Shown here one piece after another: positions 23,291-33,972 of a stretch of 33,972 bases of DNA. The DNA comes from Streblomastix strix. Lineage: Eukaryota. Made by a program: the position numbers and the translations under genes. The notes beneath the pieces were generated by a model that searched no databases, had not been told where the DNA came from, and saw only the letters and a list, made by a program, of their open reading frames with translations. The DNA lies in NCBI GenBank assembly GCA_008636045.1, contig SNRW01000056.1, positions 1 to 33,972 on the forward strand. Direction: 5' to 3'. Positions within the stretch are counted from its first letter, which is position 1, and each line of letters begins with the position of its first letter.

Positions 23291-26200
23291 ATGCAAAGAA
23301 ATGTAGAAAACATTAATAAATAATATTTCAATAAAAATAGTTAGAAAGAGAATTTAGAAATCTAGAATAACGTATGGAATAAGTATTCTCCATGGAAATG
23401 ATGGAATAAAAATAATTATAAGCTAGAATCTAGAGATTCAAATCTGGTTTACTACCTTAAGAACATGATATTCTAATAAGAAATTGATTTGAAATTCAAC
23501 GGATGAATCAATAATATTCAAATAAAGATGTCTATAATTTTGATTATGAAAATCTTGATTATATTCTTCTAACATAACCAGCAAGAGTTGACTTATTATC
23601 TCAAGTTATCGAAGATAAGAGAGCTAATTCTGCTGGAAAATTCAATAATTATGCCGGAAGGAATCAATACCCAACAGCAACAGTATAATTTTTTTTAATA
23701 ATCATACTTCATCACTAGAAGATTGTGATGCATTTATAGAAAGAGTATATTATCATGAAAATGGTAGATTTTTTAAGTGAGCTTTTGATTTTGGAACAGC
23801 TATTTAAAGAAGCGAATTAATGATAGATCCAATTGCAATTGCTCGTGACTTAATAAAAATACTAAATCCTGAAAGAATTCGTTATAAGCCCTACAAGACA
23901 ACAGCCTTGAGTAAATATAGATCTATTGATGAAGAAAACAGTAGCAAAGTGATTATTTACAGAATATAGCTTCCTGATGAGAATCATGCGTAGAATTATG
24001 CATTAACTATCTTGTATAATAGAGAATCGATCAATGAATTCCTGAAATACGTAATATCTACTATAATGATGGTGTAAGAACGTACTTAACTGATAGATAT
24101 TAAAGATCTTACGGTTGCAATATTCTCTATGTAAATCATTTCTTATAGATTACTATTCCCAGGGAAGAATATGGAAGAACACATTAAGATTCATAAAAAT
24201 AAGAAGAATATTATAAAATATATTCATTGTGATGATGATTATAATTCTTGCTTCTGGTATAATCGAACTTATATCGCTATGCCTGATTCAAAAGGGATTG
24301 AAATTGATCGTCATTCAAGAATTGCAGAAGTTAAAATATTATTAATTGAATTCTATAATATCATCAAAGAAAATCAACGTGAATTTTTTAAGAATTATCA
24401 TGGATTTAACTGGGATGATTCATTGAAAGTTTGCTAGAAATGCAATATCAATATCAATTATTATGAATTTGATGACAAGAACGTTGAAGTTCCTTATAAA
24501 TTATTCACAAATTATCGTAATCTTATTCTTGAAAATAATTAATAAGTGAGAGATTATAATATTCTTCTTCTTAATGATGATGATGGAAACTAATATCTCA
24601 TGTATATTATCAGTGTTGAGAAGCCATTGGGAATTAAAATCTGTCCAATCTGTAATAATCATGTAGTATTCAGTAAGGATCCTAATAATAATTCAAAGTG
24701 AAAAATGGATACTCATATTAAAAAATCCCAGTAAAACAATGGTTAAATCAAGAAATATGTAAACTTAAAGAAATTTTCAAACCATTTATTCCTCATATTG
24801 CATCTAATAAGACTTATGGATAACTTCTAGCTCATAATAGAGAAGTTGAGTATAAGGCAACATAATATTACATAACATATAGACTTTAAACTGAGTTATA
24901 GAAAGTTAATGGTAGAAATTATCCTATTCTTATTCCAACAGTTGTTGTTTCAACGATTAAAGCTAAGAACTATATCAAAACTATCTCTTATAATTAATCG
25001 GAAGATATCTTCGTTGAGAAATATCTTGATCAGGTATTCAGTGAAGCAATATAAGTTCGTGGTGATAATAAATTTTCTGATGAAGTTCCATAACGATATG
25101 AAGTCCCTATTATTAGATTTTACTGTTTAAAATCTGCAGTAATGTTAATAGTTATGAATTTTAAATCAAACAAGTATGAAATCATTGAAAGACCTGGTCC
25201 AAAAAGTTGTTCAATACATATCATTGTGAAATCAACAGAGAATTTCATTCATTTAAAATTTATTGATGCTAAGAATTATATCAGTGCTGATATGGAGTTT
25301 GATAATTATCTAAGAAATATTGTTAAAGTCGAATTAAGCAACGATATAATACGATAATCTTAGCTATTATTATCAGCCATCGATAATAGAATCAATGATT
25401 ATATTCCATTTCATATAGATTTACTATAGAATACTTCATTAACAAAATTAACTTGCTTGAAGAAATATGCATAATGCTATAAGAATTTTTATATTTCCGA
25501 CTGTTATAATCCTGAAGACAAAGCTAATTCCTTTGATTTATCTATGGAATACTGGAAATCTAAAGTAAATTCATATAATGAGTAAGATAAACGAAAGAAG
25601 AATAGATCAAAATATATATAGTATGATGATTCCGAATATTTTCATGATATATTCTTAACATAACGATGTAATATGCAGGGATTTTGGTAAGAAATTTCTC
25701 TTAGTGCAGCAAAAAATTTTGAGTGGCAGCATTTTTTTTAAATTTCATTTTTTAGCTATTTTCCAATTAAAAACTTTTATATTTTAATTTTCGACTTTTT
25801 TAAAAAATTTTTTTTTATTATAATGGAAAAATTTTAAAATTTCGTATAATTTATTTTAACTAAATAGAACTTAATTTATGCATTGATCATTATTAAAACT
25901 TGGAGACAGTATAAATGTTGAATTTTTTCTTTTAAATTTTTGAAAATTGTACCAACTGAGATCATGAAAAATAGCTATTTATTTTTTGAAAATTTGGAGT
26001 GGCAGCAAAAACCGTCCCAAAGTGGCTGCTGCCACTCAAAATCGTATTTAAAAAAAATCACTGGTAATATGTGTTAAGCAAGATTTACTTATGACAATAA
26101 GCTAACACTAGATAGAATAGATAATGAGAAATATCATACATAAACGAACGTATTGCCTTGTTGCTTATACTGTAAAAAGTATGCATCTAATAAGTATAAG

Positions 26201-27600
26201 GAAACTACGAGATTAATTATATAATTACGTAAGTATTGTGAATTACATAGCTTATCAATGACTATTTCTAATCAGGAAGTACATGATTCATTACGAAATG
26301 ATATTATAAGTGGCAATTCATTCGTTATTCATAGAGAAAATATTGCTGGATTAACATAGATTCATAAATTTTGAAAGCAAGAAGATCAAGTCATTTCATA
26401 TTCTCTTCCACATATCATTGAAAATATAATTTGCTTAGATTTTAACAGCCTTTATGGTTCTTGTATGAGTTCAGAATAGCATCCGTTAATTCCAATTACA
26501 AATCATTAAGATGTACATGCCATGAGGTGCTAAATATATTATTCATGATCAAGAATTAGCAAAATAATTCATATTCAATAAATGTAGGTTCTCAACTGAT
26601 GAAGATATAATAAATTAACATATACATCTATTCATTGTAAAAGTCAAAGTTCATATTTCTAATGAATATATTAATGAATTCATAAATTTCCTTGTAATTT
26701 GGAAAAATCTTAAGACAACTATCAATAATGAGACTGTTGGTGACTATACTTATGAAAATATAATTAAAAATAATATGTAGCATGATATGAAAGAAACTAA
26801 ATTAATGTTGCTATTATCTACTCATGATCAATATATATAATTCAATAATTATTACCTATGGTTTCTTATAAATCGATGTCACTTAGTTATTGAAGTTAAA
26901 AAATAAGTTATAGTATTCAATAAACATAGTGAATTCTAAGAATTTATCAAGAATGATATAAATCAACGATATAAAGCTCAAATCGAAGGGAATCATGGTT
27001 AAGAATTGATGAATAAATTAGAAGTTAATACTGCATTTGGCTATGATTCCATTAACACTGAGAAATATTAAGGTTTCAGATTTTGCAAGAAGAAAAACGT
27101 ATGAAAACATCATATGTCTAATACATTTCAATCTAATAAGTATATTTCTGAAAATTTCTTCATAATTGAACTAGAAAAGAAGAGATGCTTATGCTCAACT
27201 CCTTTATAAGTTGCTTACTTTACAGTAGATAATTCAAAGTACTTCTATTTCAATACTTACTATAATTTTCTAACACCTTGCTTAGATGTGGATTATATTC
27301 ATGTTATCTATGGTGATACTGATATTTTATGCTTAGCTATAGCTCATGAGTGTTGGCCAGTGAAAGATAAGAAATTATGAGATGAGTTATATCCTCATTT
27401 CTTCCCTTCATAGAAGATAAATACTTCGTAGTTCTCAGCAAGCAATGATTATTATGATACTAAGAAGACATATTATTTCAAGTCATATAAGAAAGAATAG
27501 GAATCAGTGGAATCAATAAAAAAACAATAGTTCATAAAAATTAAGCTTGTGCACCATATATTCATGATTTAAAATCTAGTTAATAAAAGATTGATTAGTG
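23291..27600 (+). pseudogene. polB: Protein-primed family B DNA polymerase with long N-terminal region and inserted HNH domain
   Basis: Motif A DFNSLYGSCM (26438), motif B KLEVNTAFG (27015), motif C YGDTD (27309). Exonuclease remnants YYIT.DF.T, VPII.F and LKFIDAKNY, plus a CPIC knuckle. Frameshifts, TGAs, apparent deletions near 25330 and after ~27460, and a MITE insertion. The 3' end is approximate. Confidence 0.92.
25676..26063. mobile_element. 388-bp non-autonomous hAT-type DNA transposon (MITE)
   Basis: Perfect 8-bp TSD GTAATATG at 25668-25675 and 26064-26071. Termini CAGGGATTTT / AAAATCACTG. Subterminal inverted ATTTTGAGTGGCAGC / GCTGCCACTCAAAAT. Removing it restores RCNMCQARF. Confidence 0.93.
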
Positions 27601-27762
27601 AAAATCTTAATTTTGAATTTATTAACGGCGGTTTATAAGCTCATTATTATGGTTTTTTTTAATTATTTTATATAATTGTTATTATCTTCAATCTCTTGAA
27701 TAGTCAGCTTCGTATATATATGTGAACCTTCATTAGAACGAGGTATTTTTAAATTTTCTAAA

Positions 27763-28940
27763 ATGAATCGCTAAGAAAACATAGATTAATAGATTCAATA
27801 AATTGCTTATCATAACTTGAATTAAATGAAAATTTATGAATTTACTAAGAATTTTAATAAGTAAAACCTGGAAAAACTGAATGAAAAATCTCTAGAGAAA
27901 TTATATAAATAATATATTTTAAAACATGATTAATCAAACGTACCAAGATTACGTAACTATCCAAGAACTTAAGCATCAAAATCGATGAAGGATGATTCTT
28001 TTCACATCTTAATTTATCCCTTCAAATCTAAGATAAAACATTTTAAGAAGCTTCACTGAAAATCACCTGATAGAATCTAGGAAATTCCTCCTAATTACTA
28101 AATTAAGCAATTATCTAAGCTGAATCGTTCAAATTTCTCATCAAAACATGATTCATAGGAAATTGACTTAGTAATCTCAATGGATGAACGTATTATCAGA
28201 GCTAATTATATTCATCTATTATATATTAATATCAACACCAAATATCTTGTTGTTTTCCCATTAAGAGACAAATCTGCAGGCTAAATGAAGAATGTATATA
28301 AATAAATATTAGTTAAGAATTATCATCTTACTAATATTAGAGGTAATGTTGAGAAGGGACTTAATGGAAGTTTATTGAAATCATTCTGTTAAGAACATAA
28401 AATAACCTCATTCTACACTGATTCTAAGTTCACTAATCATAATAGAGCTGTAGAGTCAGTTATTAGAACGATTCATAATGGATTTGGTGATGATTCATAG
28501 AAATTTGCTGATAATGACTTGATGTAGCGTATGGTTAAGATGTATAACTATACTCCTCATTCTGCTTTTGATAATAAATATTCACCATAATAAGTTAATG
28601 ATAAGTAAGATATCGAAGGATAATATATAAGATAATAATAAAATAAAATATTTGAAATTAAATATCAACAATAAAACAAAAGCTTATTCTCATTCTATCC
28701 TTGAAATATTTTAATGATTCATCTTGATTACTCAAAACTAGTCATTAGTTCAATAAATAAAGAACAAATTTCAACGAAATTGCTGAATTAATTAAATATT
28801 CTAATGGAAATGTAATTGCTAAGTTATTAAAGCCATATACTGATATAAAAATAATTGAATTATCAATATAATATTGTAAATTAATAGCTTAGAATATTCA
28901 ATAATTAGATGAGAAATATAAATAATATTTTAAAATATGA
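27763..28940 (+). pseudogene. Retroviral-like (rve, DDE) integrase
   Basis: QEIDLV...ININTKYLVVFPLRDKS...NIRGNVEK (second Asp>Asn)...NHNRAVESVIRTI...MYNYTPHSAF. Two TGAs and a late frameshift. Confidence 0.88.
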
Positions 28941-28990
28941 AATTTAACTTTTTATTATTTTTGTTTTATTTTCGAATAAAAAATAGAAAG

Positions 28991-29473
28991 ATGGTAATTG
29001 TACCAAAAGCTTAAAAAGTCAAGTGGTAATTTAGTGTAGATGTAAGGTCACCTGAAGAATGGATGAAAATTTTCGCTAATAATGCTTCTAAACTATAAAC
29101 ACCAGATGAAATTCCAAAGAAGACTCGAAAACGAAAGAATGCCAATGATGATAATGCTAGATATGCTATAGTCTATAAGAAGAAAATAGCTCATGCTAAA
29201 GAAAGATAAATATTATTTGATTATATGTATAGTGCAACAAATTCCTAATAATTATTAATTTAAAAACTAAAAAGAATTGTTATTCCAAATACTGAAGAAC
29301 TTGTTTAAATACATAAAATAATAGATAAATACGTTGATAAAGTTATTAAATAAAGGAATTAATGAATATTACTGATAAAGATCAGGCAGTGCTTTAGAAA
29401 CTAGGATATATAAGAAAATCCTAATAATTCATCTAATAATGATAATGATCGTGATGATAATGCTGATTGTTGA
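28991..29473 (+). pseudogene. Basic hypothetical protein with NLS-like PKKTRKRK
   Basis: MVIVPKAQKVKWQFSVDVRSPEEWMKIF...; about 120 open codons, then probable frameshifts. Confidence 0.55.
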
Positions 29474-29505
29474 TTTCACTACGTAAGCAATGACGAAGAA
29501 TGTAG

Positions 29506-30170
29506 TCACCAAAAATCGATTTCATTAAATCTAATTTCAGATTATTACTATTATTTTTACTCTTATTATTCAGGAGTTTATTCTTATAGTGGAGTTTATA
29601 TTTGTTCTACTTATTCATCTTTAAGTTTCTTTTATTTATAGTATCTTATTTTTGCTTTATATTTCTCAACTAACTTAATTGATTCTTGATGTTATTACTT
29701 AACGAATGAGTTTTTTGTTCGTAAACGTATTAATTCCTCTAAATCTACTGATGGAAAAGTATAATTTATCTATGGTTACTTCATTATTGTTTTCTTAGGT
29801 GTTAGTTTTGGTGCTTATCTTAAATATTCTACAATAATTTATCAATAATCTTAATCATCATCATCGATATTCATTGAATAATCTTCTGCCTCATCTTCAG
29901 AATGCTCACCGTTTTATTTAACATGTCATTTTAATATTCGATTAAGTTTGGTTTACGAACTTCGTTCTTTATCACTTCGTGAGTAGCCATAACCTCTTGT
30001 ATCTAATAATAATTTAGTTTATTATGCTTTAGTTAGAGTTCTTGCTGCTTTCTTTCCTTTTTCATATACTTTGAACTTATCTTTAACTTATATATAATAT
30101 ATCCATTACTGAAATATTCGATTAAAGTTTCATTTTTCATGAGATTCTTTAAAGTTTAAGCTTGATTCAT
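29506..30170 (-). pseudogene. Viral hypothetical protein X (copy B)
   Basis: MNQAQTLKNLMKNETLIEYFSNGYII...VDLEELIRLRTKNSFVKQQHQESIKLVEKY...EIDFW*. Confidence 0.7.
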
Positions 30171-30211
30171 TTTATTAGATAGTTATTGATTTTATTTAGA
30201 CACAAAATTAA

Positions 30212-30971
30212 ATGTCAACAATACAAACAAATCAAATAAGAATTCATAAAAGTAAACGAGTTAATACTGTTAAGAAAGAAATACCAGAGGAAGACAAAGC
30301 CAGACTATAAGTATTTGATGATGCTATTACGAATGGATTCAAAATCGCTAGCGATTTAGCGACGAGTGAACATAGTCGCAGGAAATTAATTTAAATTCCT
30401 TAGTTATAAATATAGTCTTCGATTCAGACCCCACTACGAAGCATAAATCTAAGCACTGATGAGGAAGATGAACCTCAAAAAGAGATCTAAACAGAAAGAC
30501 CACGAAAATATATATATAATACTCATAAATATAAACAAGTTCCACGTGAAACTGCTTAGGTTGAGCCAGAATAAGTTGTTAAAGGATACATACTTATCTC
30601 ATTCTAACTAAGAAGTTTAGAAATTCATCATTGATACGATTTGGAGATGTGTTTATTCACATAAGCAAGGGAAAAATTACATATATAACTCTGATAACAA
30701 TATCAAATTCTGAACATTAATAATATAAGAAGAAGAGAAAGATATTGAAGTTGTAATGGAAGAACCACTGATGAGATATAATTGTTGTACTTCAAAAAAA
30801 TATAAGAAGAAAAAAATCATAAGAATTGCTGATGTTATATTAAAGAATATCTCAATTTCTAACATAGATAACGTATTATGGAATAGTATCGAGAAGTTAT
30901 ATCGAATAAATAAGGATTTCATTAGATTATCCGACAATTTAGAATCAGATATTGATTCTGATGATTTGTGA
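30212..30971 (+). pseudogene. Viral hypothetical protein Y (copy B)
   Basis: YLSHSNQEVQKFIID...KF*TLII...KKYKKKKIIRIADVILKNISISNIDNVLWNSIEKLY. Frameshift near 30590 and TGA at 30711. Confidence 0.75.
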
Positions 30972-31019
30972 TTAGAAAATATCGCTTTGAAATTATTTGT
31001 TTATTTTTGTTGAAAACTA

Positions 31020-31881
31020 ATAGATATAGAATAAGAATACTCACAAAGTGATTAAGACGCTTAAGTGTCGTAATAAATAACTGATCTTGTGGATCCATCA
31101 GAAGAAGAACAATAATAAATGAAATTAGAATATGAGAAGATGAGGAAATAATAGTAAGAAATAAAATCACTATAGAAGGTATAAAAATAAATAACTTAAT
31201 AAATAGATAATGAAATTATAAAATATTTTATTTATTTTAATTAAAATTTTAGAAATCATCAATATATGATTTAATAACATTAAATATAGCATAAATTATT
31301 ACAGGAATTAAATCATTTACATAACCTAACACAGATAATAGAATCATTAAATTTGGTGGAACAAATAACTAAATATTATTCAATAATGGAGATATATTTG
31401 ATAAGAATTAATTAGATTATTAAGCTAATGAGAATGCTAGTGCTAGACCAATTGCTTATGGAATGCATGAACAATTAATATGAGGTATTTTAACAATATA
31501 AAATAGTAGAGTATATATTTCACTCTAAGTAACTCATTCAGATCCTAATACTGTTTGATAATCAGGATTTACATTATTCTCCATCATTTGCGAAGATATT
31601 AAACCAAAATTCACAGGAACACCACGTAATATACCTTTAAATGCTGTTATGTTTGCGATTAAAATTATGGTTATCCAATATGCTGGAATGGTGCGAATCC
31701 AATAGATTGTCATATTAATCCTTATGGAAATGTTATAATAAATACAATGTGTCAGATTTATTTACCTGAAGATTTTTGTGTTTGGGTTTGTGATTCGTAT
31801 GCTATTTATAATTTATCAGCAAATTAATAAATTAAAGATAGTCCTTAGACTGCCAACAGAGTTGGTACTCACATAAAGTGA
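31020..31881 (+). pseudogene. Short fibre/spike-like protein (copy B)
   Basis: Probable ATG>ATA start. Coiled-coil N-terminus, then LITLNIAQIITGIKSF and QILFNNGD, followed by a C-terminal domain largely unlike that of copy A. Frameshifts and TGAs. Confidence 0.55.
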
Positions 31882-31924
31882 TTAATCAGCTTAAGCTGAA
31901 TAAATAGAAGATTTATTGCTCACT

Positions 31925-32320
31925 TCAATTATTATTTTCATATGTTTTAAGATTCAATAACTTTAAATACAATATATATATCCACATATTAGCAAGTTCT
32001 TCATCTTATTTTTCAATTACTTCTTTAATGAAATCCTCTATTTATTCATTTGAATACTTGGACCAATGAAAATATGTATGTTTCTCTTAAGATTTTTCTT
32101 ATGATTTCATTTTTAATTTCTTTCTCCTATGATATTCGAATTGAAATATATATATAATTATATTAATAGTTACTAGAATCACAACAAAATAAATCCATAA
32201 TTATTTTATTAATGACTCAATCAAAGTTAATTACTTAGGAATTGGTAATGAAATTATAGGTACTATGAAGTTAACACCATAAAATATAGAATTCATTATT
32301 ATTATTATTATATTTATCAT
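31925..32320 (-). CDS. 131-aa membrane protein (hydrophobic N-terminus plus one TM helix)
   Basis: MINIIIIIMNSIFYGVNFIVPIISLPIP...LWIYFVVILVTINIIIYIFQFEYHRRKKLK...ILYLKLL is open in code 6. The TM segment is followed by a basic cluster. Confidence 0.7.
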
Positions 32321-32343
32321 ATGTTTGTTTTATAATAAATATA

Positions 32344-33402
32344 ATGAAGTTATCTGAGATATAATCTGTGACATTTTTCGATAATTCTATGTTAGATGAA
32401 TATAAAACTAAGCCATTGACAAGGAATTCGTTATTCTTAGTCAATGGAAATCATTATATAGTTGGAGTAGTTGGTTCAGGAAAAACAATTTTATTAAGTA
32501 AACTGATAGTTACTTATAAATAAAGAATCAATCCATTCATTTTATACTTCTCTAATTTTGGTGCTGATGAGACTATGGCTTTGAATATAAAGTCTAAGAA
32601 TATAATCTTATCTAATAAAATATATGTTGAAACTATGTATTTACTCACTTAATTTGATGAATTTAATTATATTGTTAAAGAAACTTATACTTACTGGAAG
32701 TTAAGTGAATTAAATATTTCATATAAATCTGATTTCATTTAGAGAATGAAAGAATGAATATTAATAAATAGTCCTATAAAATAGAATCCAACTAGAATTG
32801 CTTCTGCAACACTTGAATAATAATTAGAAAAACCTAAAGATTATGCAAAAAGAATTGCTTAGAAATTTTGTTAAGAAAGCTTTAATATCATAACTAAATA
32901 TAGTATTCCAACGATTATAATAAGATTTACTATTCCAGCTATGATTCATAACGTATAATTCGAGAGGAAAATAGAAATATCATAAGTAGAAGGTAATGCT
33001 GACTTCAAGATATTAAAAATTCCTATATTATTTCGCAGTTCTTTATTAAATTCATTGTTAATATTTGATAACATAGGAAGTAATGCTGATATTTAAAGAT
33101 TCTCTTCAGGATTAGCTAAAATAATAACTCATTTAGTTTCCGACAGTAGACATAGTAAAAATACTGTGATTTTCGTTGCTAACAGATCAAGTTACTTATT
33201 CAAACCTGCTAGAATATTATCACATGTTATGTGTTTAGGAGTTAATTTATCAGAAAGTGATTTGAAACAAGCTTATGAAGAGAATTCTATTTAGAATCAT
33301 GACTTTGATGAATTTATGTTATTATATGGAACTTTTAATAAATTTGAATTCAAAATACTTAATAAATGGTAAAGAAAATATGAGATCCTAAAGAATCAAT
33401 GA
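32344..33402 (+). pseudogene. A32-type ATPase, type 2 (copy B)
   Basis: NHYIVGVVGSGKT, LLIFDNIG, SDSRHSKNTVIFVA. Single frame of 353 codons with one TGA at 32755, where copy A has TCA. Confidence 0.88.
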
Positions 33403-33438
33403 AAAATTATACGATTATATTTATTTTTCTTTATTCAA

Positions 33439-33972
33439 ATGATATTAGCTAAAACCTTGAGTTAATAATAGATCTAAGTTACTCGATCATTGATTTAATC
33501 AGATTTTCAATATTTGATACAATATTCAAGAAAATCATCAAGTTCCAGTAGTTAATTATCAGGAAGTGAATATTAATTGACAATTGATGATTAAAACTCA
33601 TTAATATATGCGCCAATAGATAATACTTAGAATTATGCTATGAAATTGGAAACTAATGTTGCTATGACATTGAAGAATATAAATTTATTAAATGAAGATT
33701 TCTTACATAAAATATTTATATTTGAATAAGAAGTTAATGTAATATAATAAACATTTAGAACTGCAACTTAAGATATTAGTAGTTTATAATTATAAATTAA
33801 TGTAACTAATGAAGTACTTAATAGATAAACACATTTTAGAGTATTCTACTTATTGAACACAGATATATAAAATTTCCCTAATTCTGCCAATGGTGATTTT
33901 GCATTCTCTGCTGAAAGTGGAACAGTATGGATGTATGATTAGAATTGGTATAACAGTGGAGATATAGTTCCT
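33439..33972 (+). CDS. Long fibre-like protein 2 (copy B), runs off the window
   Basis: 178 open codons with a coiled-coil, then RQTHFRVFYLL...ANGDFAFSAESGTVWMYDQNWYNSGDIVP, a pattern resembling phage tail-fibre head-proximal modules. Confidence 0.7.

Larger units (their letters stand above)
13437..33972. mobile_element. Endogenous Maverick/Polinton-like virus segment B (runs off the window; may be two abutting elements)
   Basis: Co-located pPolB, rve integrase, A32 ATPases and capsid-like genes, the defining Polinton/Maverick gene set. Intronless and very compact. Confidence 0.9.

Noticed and set aside
5440..31170. Many supplied ORFs (e.g. 5440, 9016, 11567, 12108, 13691, 14764, 15370, 21740, 22677, 24909, 30348, 30677, 30922) as real genes
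   Set aside because: They are antisense or off-frame shadows of code-6 genes that carry recognisable motifs or long open frames.
5060..33402. TGA reassigned to Trp (all three stops recoded)
   Set aside because: Internal TGAs align with Trp, Ser and probably Arg/Gly and co-occur with frameshifts. The intact 391-aa ORF uses TGG for Trp and TGA only at its end.
13437..33972. Adenain-like maturation protease and Polinton terminal inverted repeats
   Set aside because: No His/Asp...Q..CG protease motif and no (AG)n/AGT-type termini were found. They may lie outside the window or have been deleted.

Overview
Very AT-rich eukaryotic DNA that only reads sensibly in the ciliate-type nuclear code (TAA/TAG = Gln, TGA the only stop), so the supplied standard-code ORF track shows only fragments. 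All translations here were done by hand in that code. Bases 1-~5000 look like host DNA: an intron-containing gene fragment on the minus strand plus unexplained AT-rich sequence. From ~5050 to the window end lies a decaying cluster of endogenous Maverick/Polinton-like virus DNA in three parts. (A) ~5050-10500: two HNH endonuclease genes, a divergent gene pair X/Y, a short fibre-like gene, an A32-type ATPase, a membrane protein and a truncated fibre gene. (P) 11056-13440 (-): a Prim-Pol primase fused to an SF3/D5-like helicase. (B) 13437-33972: a repeat-rich fibre, a putative major capsid and penton-like gene, one A32 ATPase, an intact 391-aa ORF, two tandem hairpins, a protein-primed PolB with an inserted HNH domain (interrupted by a 388-bp hAT-type MITE with an 8-bp TSD), a retroviral-type integrase, and diverged homologues of the part-A genes including a second, different A32 ATPase. 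Most genes carry frameshifts or premature TGAs. The code, short introns and protein style recall the oxymonad Streblomastix, but that host call is from memory and is not proven here.
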